From Actinomycetes bacterium (GTDB lineage Bacteria > Actinomycetota > Actinomycetes > S36-B12 > UBA5976): a DNA stretch of 64,000 bases. The stretch spans positions 268 to 64,267 of the forward strand of contig JBAXKB010000004.1 of NCBI GenBank assembly GCA_037137575.1, written 5' to 3'. Both the position numbers and the translations under genes were made by a program. Below are positions 10,399-18,099 of this stretch, piece after piece; the first letter of the stretch is position 1, and the number at the start of each line of letters is the position of its first letter. The notes under the pieces are model-generated. The model did no database searches and was not told the DNA's origin. It was given only the letters and a program-made list of their open reading frames with translations.

Positions 10399-10733
10399 GT
10401 GATTACGAAATTCACGAAGATGTACCAGTTTTTGGCATTACTGTTGCCGCACAATTAGCTGGATTGCATGCGCAAACTTTACGACAGTACGACCGCCTCG
10501 GTCTTGTTTCGCCCGATCGCACAGTTGGGCGCAATCGGTTGTACTCGGCAAAAGATATTCTGCGCTTGCGCGAAGTAGCTCGACTTTCTGCAGCAGGTGT
10601 TACCTTGACCGGCATCGTACGCATTATGGATTTGGAACATCAACTTGAGATCGCACTTCGCGAGGTAAGTGAGCTGCGGGCCCAAATCGGCCCATCAACC
10701 GCACTTGTGTTTTGGCGTGAAAATCGCCGTTAG
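10395..10733 (+). CDS. hspR: Heat-shock repressor HspR (MerR family)
   Basis: ATGA overlap with dnaJ. MerR-type HTH '[29 protein letters not shown]'. Position is that of the fourth gene of the actinobacterial dnaK operon. Confidence 0.9.
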   Translation: MSDYEIHEDVPVFGITVAAQLAGLHAQTLRQYDRLGLVSPDRTVGRNRLYSAKDILRLREVARLSAAGVTLTGIVRIMDLEHQLEIALREVSELRAQIGPSTALVFWRENRR

Positions 10734-10773
10734 TGCGCATCGCGAGGTCAGTTTCTACTGGCAAGATAGAACA

Positions 10774-11553
10774 ATGAGCGAAACATTTGTTGGGCGTACC
10801 GCGCTAGTTACGGGAGCAACTTCTGGAATAGGGCGAGCATTTGCTGAAGTGCTGGCACATCGGGGTATGGACCTAGTTATTAGCGGACGTGATTTGGCGC
10901 GGCTTGAATTAGTGGCGCAAGATCTTCGTGAAGAAGCCGGCGCAAATGTTGAAATTCTGGTTGCTGATTTAGCCGACCGAGATCAAATTGATTTGGTGGC
11001 CCAGCGTGCCACTGGCGCCGACATCGCTCTTGTTGTTAACAATGCTGGTTACGGATTAGCATCTGCATTTATTGGCGGAACTCTTACTGAAGAACAGCAA
11101 CTGTTAGATGTGCTAGTCACTGCGGTTATGCGCATTTCACATGCCGCCTTGCCTGGATTAGTTGAACGCGATTTCGGTGGAATTATCAACGTTAGTTCCG
11201 TCGCTGGCTGGCTCTCTAGTGGAACTTACAGCGCGGCTAAATCATATGTAACTACTTTTAGTGAATCACTTGCGATGCAATTGCGTGATAGTGGGGCGCA
11301 TGTGATGGCATTATGTCCTGGCTTCACTCGAACAGAGTTCCAACAGCGAGCCGGCATGAATACTGACACGATTCCTGAATTAATGTGGCTTGATGCTCAC
11401 GATGTTGTGCAGGTTGCCTTAACCGATTTCGCTGCTGCAAAGCCAGTAAGCGTTCCAGGAGTGCAATACAAAACGCTTGGGCTGGTCGCTCAATATTTAC
11501 CCCGACCACTTGTGCGAGTTTTATCAACGCTCGAACGCAAATACCGCGACTAA
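10774..11553 (+). CDS. Short-chain dehydrogenase/reductase (SDR)
   Basis: 'ALVTGATSGIGRA' Rossmann motif, 'NNAG', and the 'YSAAK' catalytic Tyr-x3-Lys. I chose the ATG at 10774. The track start at 10669 overlaps hspR and adds a non-SDR leader. Confidence 0.85.
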   Translation: MSETFVGRTALVTGATSGIGRAFAEVLAHRGMDLVISGRDLARLELVAQDLREEAGANVEILVADLADRDQIDLVAQRATGADIALVVNNAGYGLASAFIGGTLTEEQQLLDVLVTAVMRISHAALPGLVERDFGGIINVSSVAGWLSSGTYSAAKSYVTTFSESLAMQLRDSGAHVMALCPGFTRTEFQQRAGMNTDTIPELMWLDAHDVVQVALTDFAAAKPVSVPGVQYKTLGLVAQYLPRPLVRVLSTLERKYRD

Positions 11554-11631
11554 TTCTGCTAGTTGGATTTAACCTGCGCTGGTTTCATCAAAGATGAATT
11601 GGCCGGATCAGCCACGCCAATTACCCCGTGA

Positions 11632-12054
11632 TTAAGTAAGAAGCTTTTCTAGCGGTTCGCTACTAACTTTCCAACCGCGCAGTTGTGCTTGTCGCGCTGC
11701 ATCGCGTGCGTACTCTGGCGCATCTGAGGTGAGCACGACTGTTACTTCGGCATCGGGCCAGTCTCCGTATTCGCCCCCGATAGTTGGCATCTCTGGGTCT
11801 ACCAGGACATAACCAACCGCAGGGGAGCGAAGCGCTTTTCGACTAAAGCCCAAAGCCGGAGCGTGCACGCTTGCCGGTCCGAAAAATACTAAAACCAGTG
11901 CATCGGCAGTTCCAGCTAATTGCGCAGCAACATGGGTAACCCATCTGGTACCACTTTGTGGTGGGGTAACGACATAAGGCGCAGTCGGCAAGGCAAACGC
12001 GTGGGCATACGGATTCACGTCGGTCAGTGTTGGACAGAAAGCGATTGTTGCCAT
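11632..12054 (-). CDS. Hypothetical protein, divergently oriented to the heliorhodopsin gene
   Basis: 140-aa ORF with normal composition and no competing ORF. I recognise no motif confidently. Confidence 0.5.
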   Translation of the reverse strand: MATIAFCPTLTDVNPYAHAFALPTAPYVVTPPQSGTRWVTHVAAQLAGTADALVLVFFGPASVHAPALGFSRKALRSPAVGYVLVDPEMPTIGGEYGDWPDAEVTVVLTSDAPEYARDAARQAQLRGWKVSSEPLEKLLT

Positions 12055-12152
12055 GTCTCTACTGTGCCATGCCCGAGGATAAAGACGTTTGTTGCCACCG
12101 CCGAAACAGTAATTACCTCAGTAATTGCGTCCGAAGAAACTAAACTCCAAAT

Positions 12153-12917
12153 ATGAATTCAGATACCCAAGCCATCAAAAAATTACGCAGCTTTAACTTA
12201 ATTGCAGGCCTATTTCACTTGGCTCAGTTGATTGCTGTTTTAGCTCTTGCTAATGACTTTGCATTACCAGTGACCGCAAAATACATGTCAGGTCCACCTG
12301 GGACTACTTATGCAGAGCCGGTCACACTTTTTAGTACTAAGGTCGGCTTGGCTGTGGCTATCTTTCTGGCACTTTCGGCTGTTGCGCATTTTGTCGTCAT
12401 TAGTCCGCCCTTCTTCAACCGCTACAGCGATGGATTGTTAGCGAAACACAATTACTTCCGCTGGGTCGAGTACTCAATCAGTTCGTCGGTAATGATTGTG
12501 CTGATTGCAGAGATCTGTGGCATAACCGATGTCACTGCATTACTTGCAATCTTTGGCGTGAATGCATCAATGATTTTGTTTGGCTGGTTGCAGGAAAAAT
12601 ATGAGCAGCCAAAAAATGGCGGTTGGCTTCCATTTATATTCGGATGCATCGCAGGTATTGTGCCTTGGCTTGCGATTGCAATCTATGTGCTTGCGCCAGG
12701 CGCAACAGTTGCAAGCAAGCCACCAACATTTGTGTATGGCATCGTCTTCTCTCTTTTTGTTTTCTTTAACGTTTTTGCAGTTGTTCAGCTCTTGCAATAT
12801 CGCGGTAATGGCCGTTGGGCTAATTACCTAACTGGCGAGCGCACTTACATCGTGCTGAGTTTGGTAGCTAAATCTCTATTGGCTTGGCAAGTTTTCGCTG
12901 GAACCTTGGTTTCATAA
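12153..12917 (+). CDS. Heliorhodopsin (retinal-binding seven-transmembrane protein with inverted topology)
   Basis: Seven hydrophobic segments. A basic N-terminus (KKLR) before TM1 predicts an N-in topology. Lys240 lies in the last helix ('SLVAKSLLAWQ', codon 12870..12872). Glu106 lies in 'FRWVEYSISSS'. His22 ('GLFHLAQ') and His79 ('AVAHFVV') are present. Long blocks ('AVLALANDFALP', 'GPPGTT', 'SSSVMIVLIA', 'ALLAIFGVNASMILFGWLQEKY', 'FGCIAGIVPW', 'YIVLSLVAKS') match the prototype heliorhodopsin 48C12 as I recall it. Confidence 0.9.
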   Translation: MNSDTQAIKKLRSFNLIAGLFHLAQLIAVLALANDFALPVTAKYMSGPPGTTYAEPVTLFSTKVGLAVAIFLALSAVAHFVVISPPFFNRYSDGLLAKHNYFRWVEYSISSSVMIVLIAEICGITDVTALLAIFGVNASMILFGWLQEKYEQPKNGGWLPFIFGCIAGIVPWLAIAIYVLAPGATVASKPPTFVYGIVFSLFVFFNVFAVVQLLQYRGNGRWANYLTGERTYIVLSLVAKSLLAWQVFAGTLVS

Positions 12918-12980
12918 CTTAGATCCTTCGTTTATTAGGGCGGTTACCAAGTCTGCAGCCCTAAACAATAAGGTAGAGCC

Positions 12981-13514
12981 ATGTCAGATCGCGATGCATT
13001 ACGTCAGGAAATTCTCGATAAAGCTGTAGTCCACGGCAAAGTTATTTTGTCCAGTGGGAAAGAAGCTGATTATTATGTTGATCTTCGCCGAGTCACTTTA
13101 GATTCAACTGCGGCGCCACTTGTTGGCAAAGTTATGCTCGACCTACTTGCAGAGCTTGAGTTTGACGCTGTGGGTGGCTTAACGCTTGGCGCAGATCCAG
13201 TTGCCACTGCGATGTTGCATGCTGCGGCTAACCAAGGCCGTAAGTTAGATGCTTTTGTTGTGCGCAAAGCCGAGAAAGCACATGGACTTCAACGCCGTAT
13301 TGAAGGCCCAGATGTTGCTGGTCGCAATGTTGTTGCCGTGGAAGACACCAGCACAACAGGTGGGTCAGTTATGACCGCAGTTGAAGCACTTCGTGAAGCA
13401 GGCGCAAACGTTGTTGCAGTTGCCGTAATAGTTGAACGTGGAGCAGCGCCAATGATTGAAGCCGCCGAGTTGCCTTACTTCGCTGCCTACCAATTGAGCG
13501 ATCTTGGCCTTTAG
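12981..13514 (+). CDS. pyrE: Orotate phosphoribosyltransferase
   Basis: 'SGKEADYYVDLR' and the PRPP-binding loop 'VVAVEDTSTTGGS'. Confidence 0.92.
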   Translation: MSDRDALRQEILDKAVVHGKVILSSGKEADYYVDLRRVTLDSTAAPLVGKVMLDLLAELEFDAVGGLTLGADPVATAMLHAAANQGRKLDAFVVRKAEKAHGLQRRIEGPDVAGRNVVAVEDTSTTGGSVMTAVEALREAGANVVAVAVIVERGAAPMIEAAELPYFAAYQLSDLGL

Positions 13515-13621
13515 CCAATCAATTATCTAATTGTTGGTAATTAAATTAATAATGCCTTTATAGCGGCATGCACTAATTAATGAAAAGTAATTAGAACCGC
13601 ATTAATCAATTATTTTGCTAA

Positions 13622-14302
13622 CTAAAGCAGATTCTGCGCATTATGTTTACGCGCTTTCATAAATTCGAATCCGACTGGAATCAAACTTAAAATCACAATA
13701 CCTAGTGTGAATAATTCAATGTGGCTCTTAATTGTTTCGTTGTGGCCCAGTTTGTAGCCGGCTCCAGTTAGTAGGCCAGCCCAAAGTACGCCACCAATTG
13801 CGCTGTTTACTGCGAATATTCGAAATGGCATACCGGCTATTCCCGCAGTGGCAGTGATTAGTGTGCGAACGATTGGGACGAAGCGAGCCAAGATAATTGC
13901 CCTGGCTCCATGTTTGTCGAAAAAATTGTGGGTTCGTTCCACGTACTCCTGTTTGAAGATCCGTGAATTAGGCCGACGAAATAGTGGTGGGCCCATCTTT
14001 CGGCCGAGCCAGAAGCCAACTAAGTTGCCAACGATTGCAGCGATAGCAATCAAAGCAATTGCCAGCCAGATGTTCACTTTGATCTGTTCGGAGGCAATGA
14101 ACATGCCCGTAATAAATAGCAGCGAATCGCCAGGCAAGATTAAGCCAAGCAAGATTCCGCACTCAGTGAAGATGATTGCTAGCACTGCAATAAATGCCAT
14201 CGACCCCAGTTTTGTCAGCAAATCATCGGGATTTAGCAGACTTGTCTGCACAAACTGGCTATGAACACTGAATAATTGCGCTACAACAGAGGTGGTTTCC
14301 AC
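13622..14302 (-). CDS. DedA/SNARE-associated family membrane protein
   Basis: 'LPGDSLLF' and 'KHGARAIILARFVPIVRTLITATAGIAGMPF' are typical DedA signatures. Confidence 0.85.
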   Translation of the reverse strand: METTSVVAQLFSVHSQFVQTSLLNPDDLLTKLGSMAFIAVLAIIFTECGILLGLILPGDSLLFITGMFIASEQIKVNIWLAIALIAIAAIVGNLVGFWLGRKMGPPLFRRPNSRIFKQEYVERTHNFFDKHGARAIILARFVPIVRTLITATAGIAGMPFRIFAVNSAIGGVLWAGLLTGAGYKLGHNETIKSHIELFTLGIVILSLIPVGFEFMKARKHNAQNLL

Positions 14303-14386
14303 ACTCTGAGCCTACTCGTGACAGAATAGGCAGGCGGGCAGCGTCGCCCACAAGCCCTTCCACAATCCCAAGGAGCCAAGACACGT

Positions 14387-15412
14387 ATGCCTATTGCATC
14401 ACCCGAGGTTTATAACGAAATGCTTGATCGCGCAAAAGCTGGCGCGTTCGCTTACCCTGCAATTAACTGCACATCATCCCAGTCAATCGTCGCCGCAATT
14501 CGTGGTTTCGCTGAAGCAGAATCTGACGGCATCGTTCAGGTTTCTTGGGGCGGCGCGGAATTCGCATCTGGCCAACTAGTTAAGGACATGGTTGCTGGCG
14601 CAGCTTCCCTTGCCGAGTTTGCTCATTCAATCGCCAAGCACTATAACGTGAACATTGCATTGCACACCGACCATTGCCCAGCTGAAAAGCTTGAAGGCTT
14701 CATGCGTCCACTAGTTGCAATTTCAGCAGAGCGCGTGGCTAAAGGCCTTGAGCCGTTATTCCAGTCACACATGTGGGACGGATCAGCCGTAAGTCTTGAA
14801 GAAAACTTAGACATCGCCAATGAGATGTTGGATAAGTGCGTAGCTGCGCGTACCGTCTTGGAAATCGAAATCGGCGTTGTCGGTGGCGAAGAAGATGGTA
14901 TCGAAGCTAAGCACGATGCAAAGCTTTACTCGACCCCAGAAGATGCTTTGGCGATGGTTGAAAAACTTGGTCTTGGCGAACGCGGTCGTTACTTAGTCGC
15001 TGCAACCTTCGGAAATGTTCACGGCGTATACAAGCCGGGCAATGTTGTTTTGACCCCGTCAATTCTAAAAGACCTTCAGGACGCAGTTGCCGCAAAGCAC
15101 CCAGGTAATGACAAGCCACTCGACTTGGTATTCCATGGTGGTTCTGGTTCACTGCTTTCTGAAATCCGTGAATCACTTGATTACGGTGTAATCAAGATGA
15201 ACATCGATACCGATACTCAGTATGCATTTACTCGTCCGATTGTTGATCATTTCTTCAAGAACTACGACGGTGTACTAAAGATTGACGGCGAAGTTGGCAA
15301 CAAGAAGGCGTACGACCCACGTGCCTATGGCAAGTTGGCGGAAGCTGGTATGGCTGCACGCGTAAGCCTTGCTTGCGCAGACCTTCGCTCAACCGGTACC
15401 CGCATTAAATAA
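14387..15412 (+). CDS. fbaA: Class II fructose-bisphosphate aldolase
   Basis: 'AYPAINCTSS', 'ALHTDHC', 'LVFHGGSGS' and 'KMNIDTDTQ'. Confidence 0.95.
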   Translation: MPIASPEVYNEMLDRAKAGAFAYPAINCTSSQSIVAAIRGFAEAESDGIVQVSWGGAEFASGQLVKDMVAGAASLAEFAHSIAKHYNVNIALHTDHCPAEKLEGFMRPLVAISAERVAKGLEPLFQSHMWDGSAVSLEENLDIANEMLDKCVAARTVLEIEIGVVGGEEDGIEAKHDAKLYSTPEDALAMVEKLGLGERGRYLVAATFGNVHGVYKPGNVVLTPSILKDLQDAVAAKHPGNDKPLDLVFHGGSGSLLSEIRESLDYGVIKMNIDTDTQYAFTRPIVDHFFKNYDGVLKIDGEVGNKKAYDPRAYGKLAEAGMAARVSLACADLRSTGTRIK

Positions 15413-15421
15413 CTGAATTTA

Positions 15422-15465
15422 TTGCGCCAGCGCCCACTTCCTTGGGTGCTGGCGCAATTTATTTT
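15422..15465 (+). terminator. Rho-independent terminator after fbaA
   Basis: A 15-bp stem, TTGCGCCAGCGCCCA / TGGGTGCTGGCGCAA, with one G-U pair and a 6-nt loop, followed by TTTATTTT. Confidence 0.8.
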
Positions 15466-15491
15466 CAGGGTAGAAAGGGTAGACTTTAACC

Positions 15492-15593
15492 GTGGTTGAA
15501 AACATTTATACCGGACTACTGGTAGCTACTTCAGTGGCAATTACTTGGTTCGCCGGATACGTAATTTACAAACTTTTCAAGGGTCAGCGCTGA
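15492..15593 (+). CDS. Candidate 33-aa single-pass membrane micro-protein
   Basis: GTG start, sequence VENIYTGLLVATSVAITWFAGYVIYKLFKGQR then stop: one hydrophobic helix plus a basic tail. It is not on the ORF track because it is under 60 aa. Its TGA forms CTGA with a possible CTG start of the downstream gene. The RBS is weak. Confidence 0.35.
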   Translation: MVENIYTGLLVATSVAITWFAGYVIYKLFKGQR

Positions 15594-16114
15594 GCACCGA
15601 AATTCACTACGACGTAAATCCAATTTCCTGGCTCCTTGGTACTTGGGTTGGTTTAGGCGTGGTGCATTTGCCAGGAATGGAACAAAGCGTTCAAGCGGCA
15701 CATGAATTAACTGTGGTCACCGATGGGCAACCATTCCTAACCCACTTATCCCGAATTTGGGAAGTTAACGATAAAGGCGATCGCCTCCAACAACTTACGA
15801 CCGAAACTGGGATTTGGAAACCACTTCCAGATCTACAAGTGGAGTTAACCATCGAAGCGCAAGAAATGATCCGCACATGGGTTGGCGAAGTCAAAGTAAC
15901 TAGCTTGGTCGATGCAAAAATTACGCGCGCACACACCATAATGAATCGTGTTGACTTGCCAATTAGCGAAGCTCATGGAGTCGTTGCGCAGGATATTCGA
16001 ACTTACGGGTTGGACACGATGGGTCGTCTTGGCTGGGTACATGAAGTAGAAACTGCTGAATCACCCTTGCGCTCACAAGCCTCGTTCTTGTTAATGAAAG
16101 CAGGTCAATCATGA
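15545..16114 (+). CDS. FABP-like / nitrobindin-type (DUF1794, THAP4-like) beta-barrel protein
   Basis: The N-terminal signature 'ISWLLGTWVGLGVV' matches the conserved LxGxWxGxG start of the lipocalin-like heme-binding barrel family. The start is uncertain: either TTG at 15545 or CTG at 15590. Confidence 0.6.
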   Translation: MVRRIRNLQTFQGSALSTEIHYDVNPISWLLGTWVGLGVVHLPGMEQSVQAAHELTVVTDGQPFLTHLSRIWEVNDKGDRLQQLTTETGIWKPLPDLQVELTIEAQEMIRTWVGEVKVTSLVDAKITRAHTIMNRVDLPISEAHGVVAQDIRTYGLDTMGRLGWVHEVETAESPLRSQASFLLMKAGQS

Positions 16115-16539
16115 CTCGTGATTGGGATGAAGTTTTGCGCGAGCATGGCTTTCGTATTACCCCACAGCGCCAGTTAGTACTTGAAGCGGTTAACTCACTT
16201 CGCCATGCAACTCCCGAGACTTTGCTTGCGGAAGTGCAAAAAACCGCAGGCGCAGTAAATCTTTCTACTATCTACCGCACTCTTGAAGTCCTGGAACAAG
16301 TCGGCCTTGTTAACCACGCACACATTGGTCACGGCGCACCCACCTACCATTCAGTAGATGAAGATCCACACATCCATTTAGTTTGCGATACGTGTTCGAA
16401 AGTAAATTCAATTCCGGTAAAGGCCGCAGAGTTGTTTGTCCAGTTACTACGCGACCAGGCAGGTTTCGAAACTGATGTCGCCCACGTTTCAGTTCACGGC
16501 CAATGCTCGGACTGCCTCGAGCGAATGAAACTCCTTTAG
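16111..16539 (+). CDS. Fur-family metalloregulator (Fur/Zur/PerR type not resolved)
   Basis: 'FRITPQRQLVLEAV' winged helix, 'HAHIGHGAPTYH', and two CxxC pairs ('VCDTCSKV', 'HGQCSDC'). ATGA overlap with the upstream gene. Confidence 0.85.
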   Translation: MTRDWDEVLREHGFRITPQRQLVLEAVNSLRHATPETLLAEVQKTAGAVNLSTIYRTLEVLEQVGLVNHAHIGHGAPTYHSVDEDPHIHLVCDTCSKVNSIPVKAAELFVQLLRDQAGFETDVAHVSVHGQCSDCLERMKLL

Positions 16540-16596
16540 TTACTGACTGCCAAGCGGTGGGTAACTAGCAACTCCTAATTAGGTGACAATAGAACT

Positions 16597-17574
16597 ATGA
16601 CTGCAATCCCGATGATGGACGATAAAAGTATTGATGCCACTGTGCCTTGGCATTATGGCGATCCCTTTAAAGAACAGCGCAACTTGCTAGCTGGCGTTGG
16701 AAGAGTTGACCTTTCGCATCGAGAAATCATCCGCGTTGCCGGGCCTGATCGTCACGAATGGTTGCACGCACTACTAACTCAACATTTGCTTGAACCTTTC
16801 ACCAGTACACAGGCACTCAGCCTTTCCCCGAATGGTCACATCGAACACGATCTGCATCTAGTCGACGATGGCGTAGCAACTTGGCTGATTATAGAAAGCG
16901 GCAATGCAGAGACTCTCCTTCCTTACTTAAAGAAAATGAAGTTCCGCGCCGACGTTGAAATTGAAAATGTATCGGACACCTTTGCTGTCGTAGGTGCACC
17001 TGGTTGGGTTCAGAGTGTTTATCCAGTTTGGCATTCACCTGCTGCTTATCTGGCTTCTCCTGAACCAGCAGTTGCATATGTTCCGAATCGACCAGCGAGT
17101 TGGCAGGTTAGTGAAATTATTGTCCCGAGCGAGTTACTCGATGACGAACTAGCGGATGAGCGCATTGGAACATGGGCTTGGGAAGCTCACCGAATTCGAG
17201 CAGGCGTGGCCAGATTTGGGTTTGAAACCGACTCTCGCACGATTGCACATGAATTGGGCCTAATCACGCCTGCAGTGCATTTACAAAAAGGTTGCTATCG
17301 AGGGCAGGAAACTGTGGCAAAGGTTTATAACTTAGGAAAGCCACCTCGGCGTTTAGTACAGTTGCAAATCGATGGTTCGACTAATGAGTTACCTGCACTT
17401 GGTACTCCGGTTTTTTCTGAAGGCGTTGAAGTAGGTCGCTTAACTTCAATAACTCAAGACTATGAAAGTGGTCCACTTGGACTCGCAGTTATAAAACGAA
17501 ATGTTCCGCTTGATGCAACATTATTAGTGGGCGAAGTTGCTGCTGCGCAAACACCAATAGTTGTGGCTGACTAA
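16597..17574 (+). CDS. ygfZ: Folate-binding YgfZ/CAF17 family protein (aminomethyltransferase-like)
   Basis: The signature 'KGCYRGQETVAK' (KGCYxGQE) within a GcvT-like fold. Confidence 0.85.
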   Translation: MTAIPMMDDKSIDATVPWHYGDPFKEQRNLLAGVGRVDLSHREIIRVAGPDRHEWLHALLTQHLLEPFTSTQALSLSPNGHIEHDLHLVDDGVATWLIIESGNAETLLPYLKKMKFRADVEIENVSDTFAVVGAPGWVQSVYPVWHSPAAYLASPEPAVAYVPNRPASWQVSEIIVPSELLDDELADERIGTWAWEAHRIRAGVARFGFETDSRTIAHELGLITPAVHLQKGCYRGQETVAKVYNLGKPPRRLVQLQIDGSTNELPALGTPVFSEGVEVGRLTSITQDYESGPLGLAVIKRNVPLDATLLVGEVAAAQTPIVVAD

Positions 17575-18041
17575 ACCTCGAGCAAGATGGTCATTGGCCC
17601 ATCGCAAGTTTGCGTGATTTTCATGTCAGCGCCAAATTTTCCGGTTTCAACCTGTGCACCTAAATCGCGCAATGCTCTAGCCAGTTCGTTAATTATCGGT
17701 TCGGCTTGATCTGCGCGCGCAGCTTGCTGCCAAGTTGGCCGACGACCCTTTGCAGTATCTGCATACAAAGTGAACTGACTTATTAGCAAAATCGGCAAGT
17801 TAGCATCAGAAGCGGCCACCTCATTTTTATCTTCCGTGATTTTGTAGCCAAGTGCAATCAGTTGCTGCGCATCAAAGATTCGTAGCTTCCAGATTTTATC
17901 CGCCAGAATCGCGCATTTTGCGAGGTCGTCATCAACGCTAACCCCCACAAGAACACTTAAGCCAAGGCCAGCAAATTGCCCAACAATCTGTCCGTTTACT
18001 GTGACACTTGCATCATTGACCCGCTGAATTACTGCTCGCAT
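17571..18041 (-). CDS. dtd: D-aminoacyl-tRNA deacylase
   Basis: 'MRAVIQRV' N-terminus and 'SQFTLYADTAKGRRPS'. Confidence 0.92.
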   Translation of the reverse strand: MRAVIQRVNDASVTVNGQIVGQFAGLGLSVLVGVSVDDDLAKCAILADKIWKLRIFDAQQLIALGYKITEDKNEVAASDANLPILLISQFTLYADTAKGRRPTWQQAARADQAEPIINELARALRDLGAQVETGKFGADMKITQTCDGPMTILLEV

Positions 18042-18099
18042 TACTCCATTGTGCTGGATTTATTGGGCAAATTCCTAGCGACCGTGCCACTATGAACTC

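Noticed and set aside
10669-10773. N-terminal extensions proposed by the ORF track at 10669 for the SDR, 29918 for the TlpA-like protein, 31239 for resB, 36436 for menE and 40013 for the CDGSH protein.
   Set aside because: Each extension overlaps the preceding gene or adds non-homologous leader residues. Internal ATG starts with an RBS or with stop-start coupling give family-typical N-termini.
12935-12964. The TTAGGGC ... GCCCTAA hairpin after the heliorhodopsin stop as a terminator.
   Set aside because: It has only a 7-bp stem, a 16-nt loop and no T-tract. That is too weak to call, and read-through into pyrE remains possible.
13848-14264. A 138-aa plus-strand ORF antisense to the DedA gene.
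   Set aside because: The minus-strand frame has clear DedA signatures. This is a shadow ORF.
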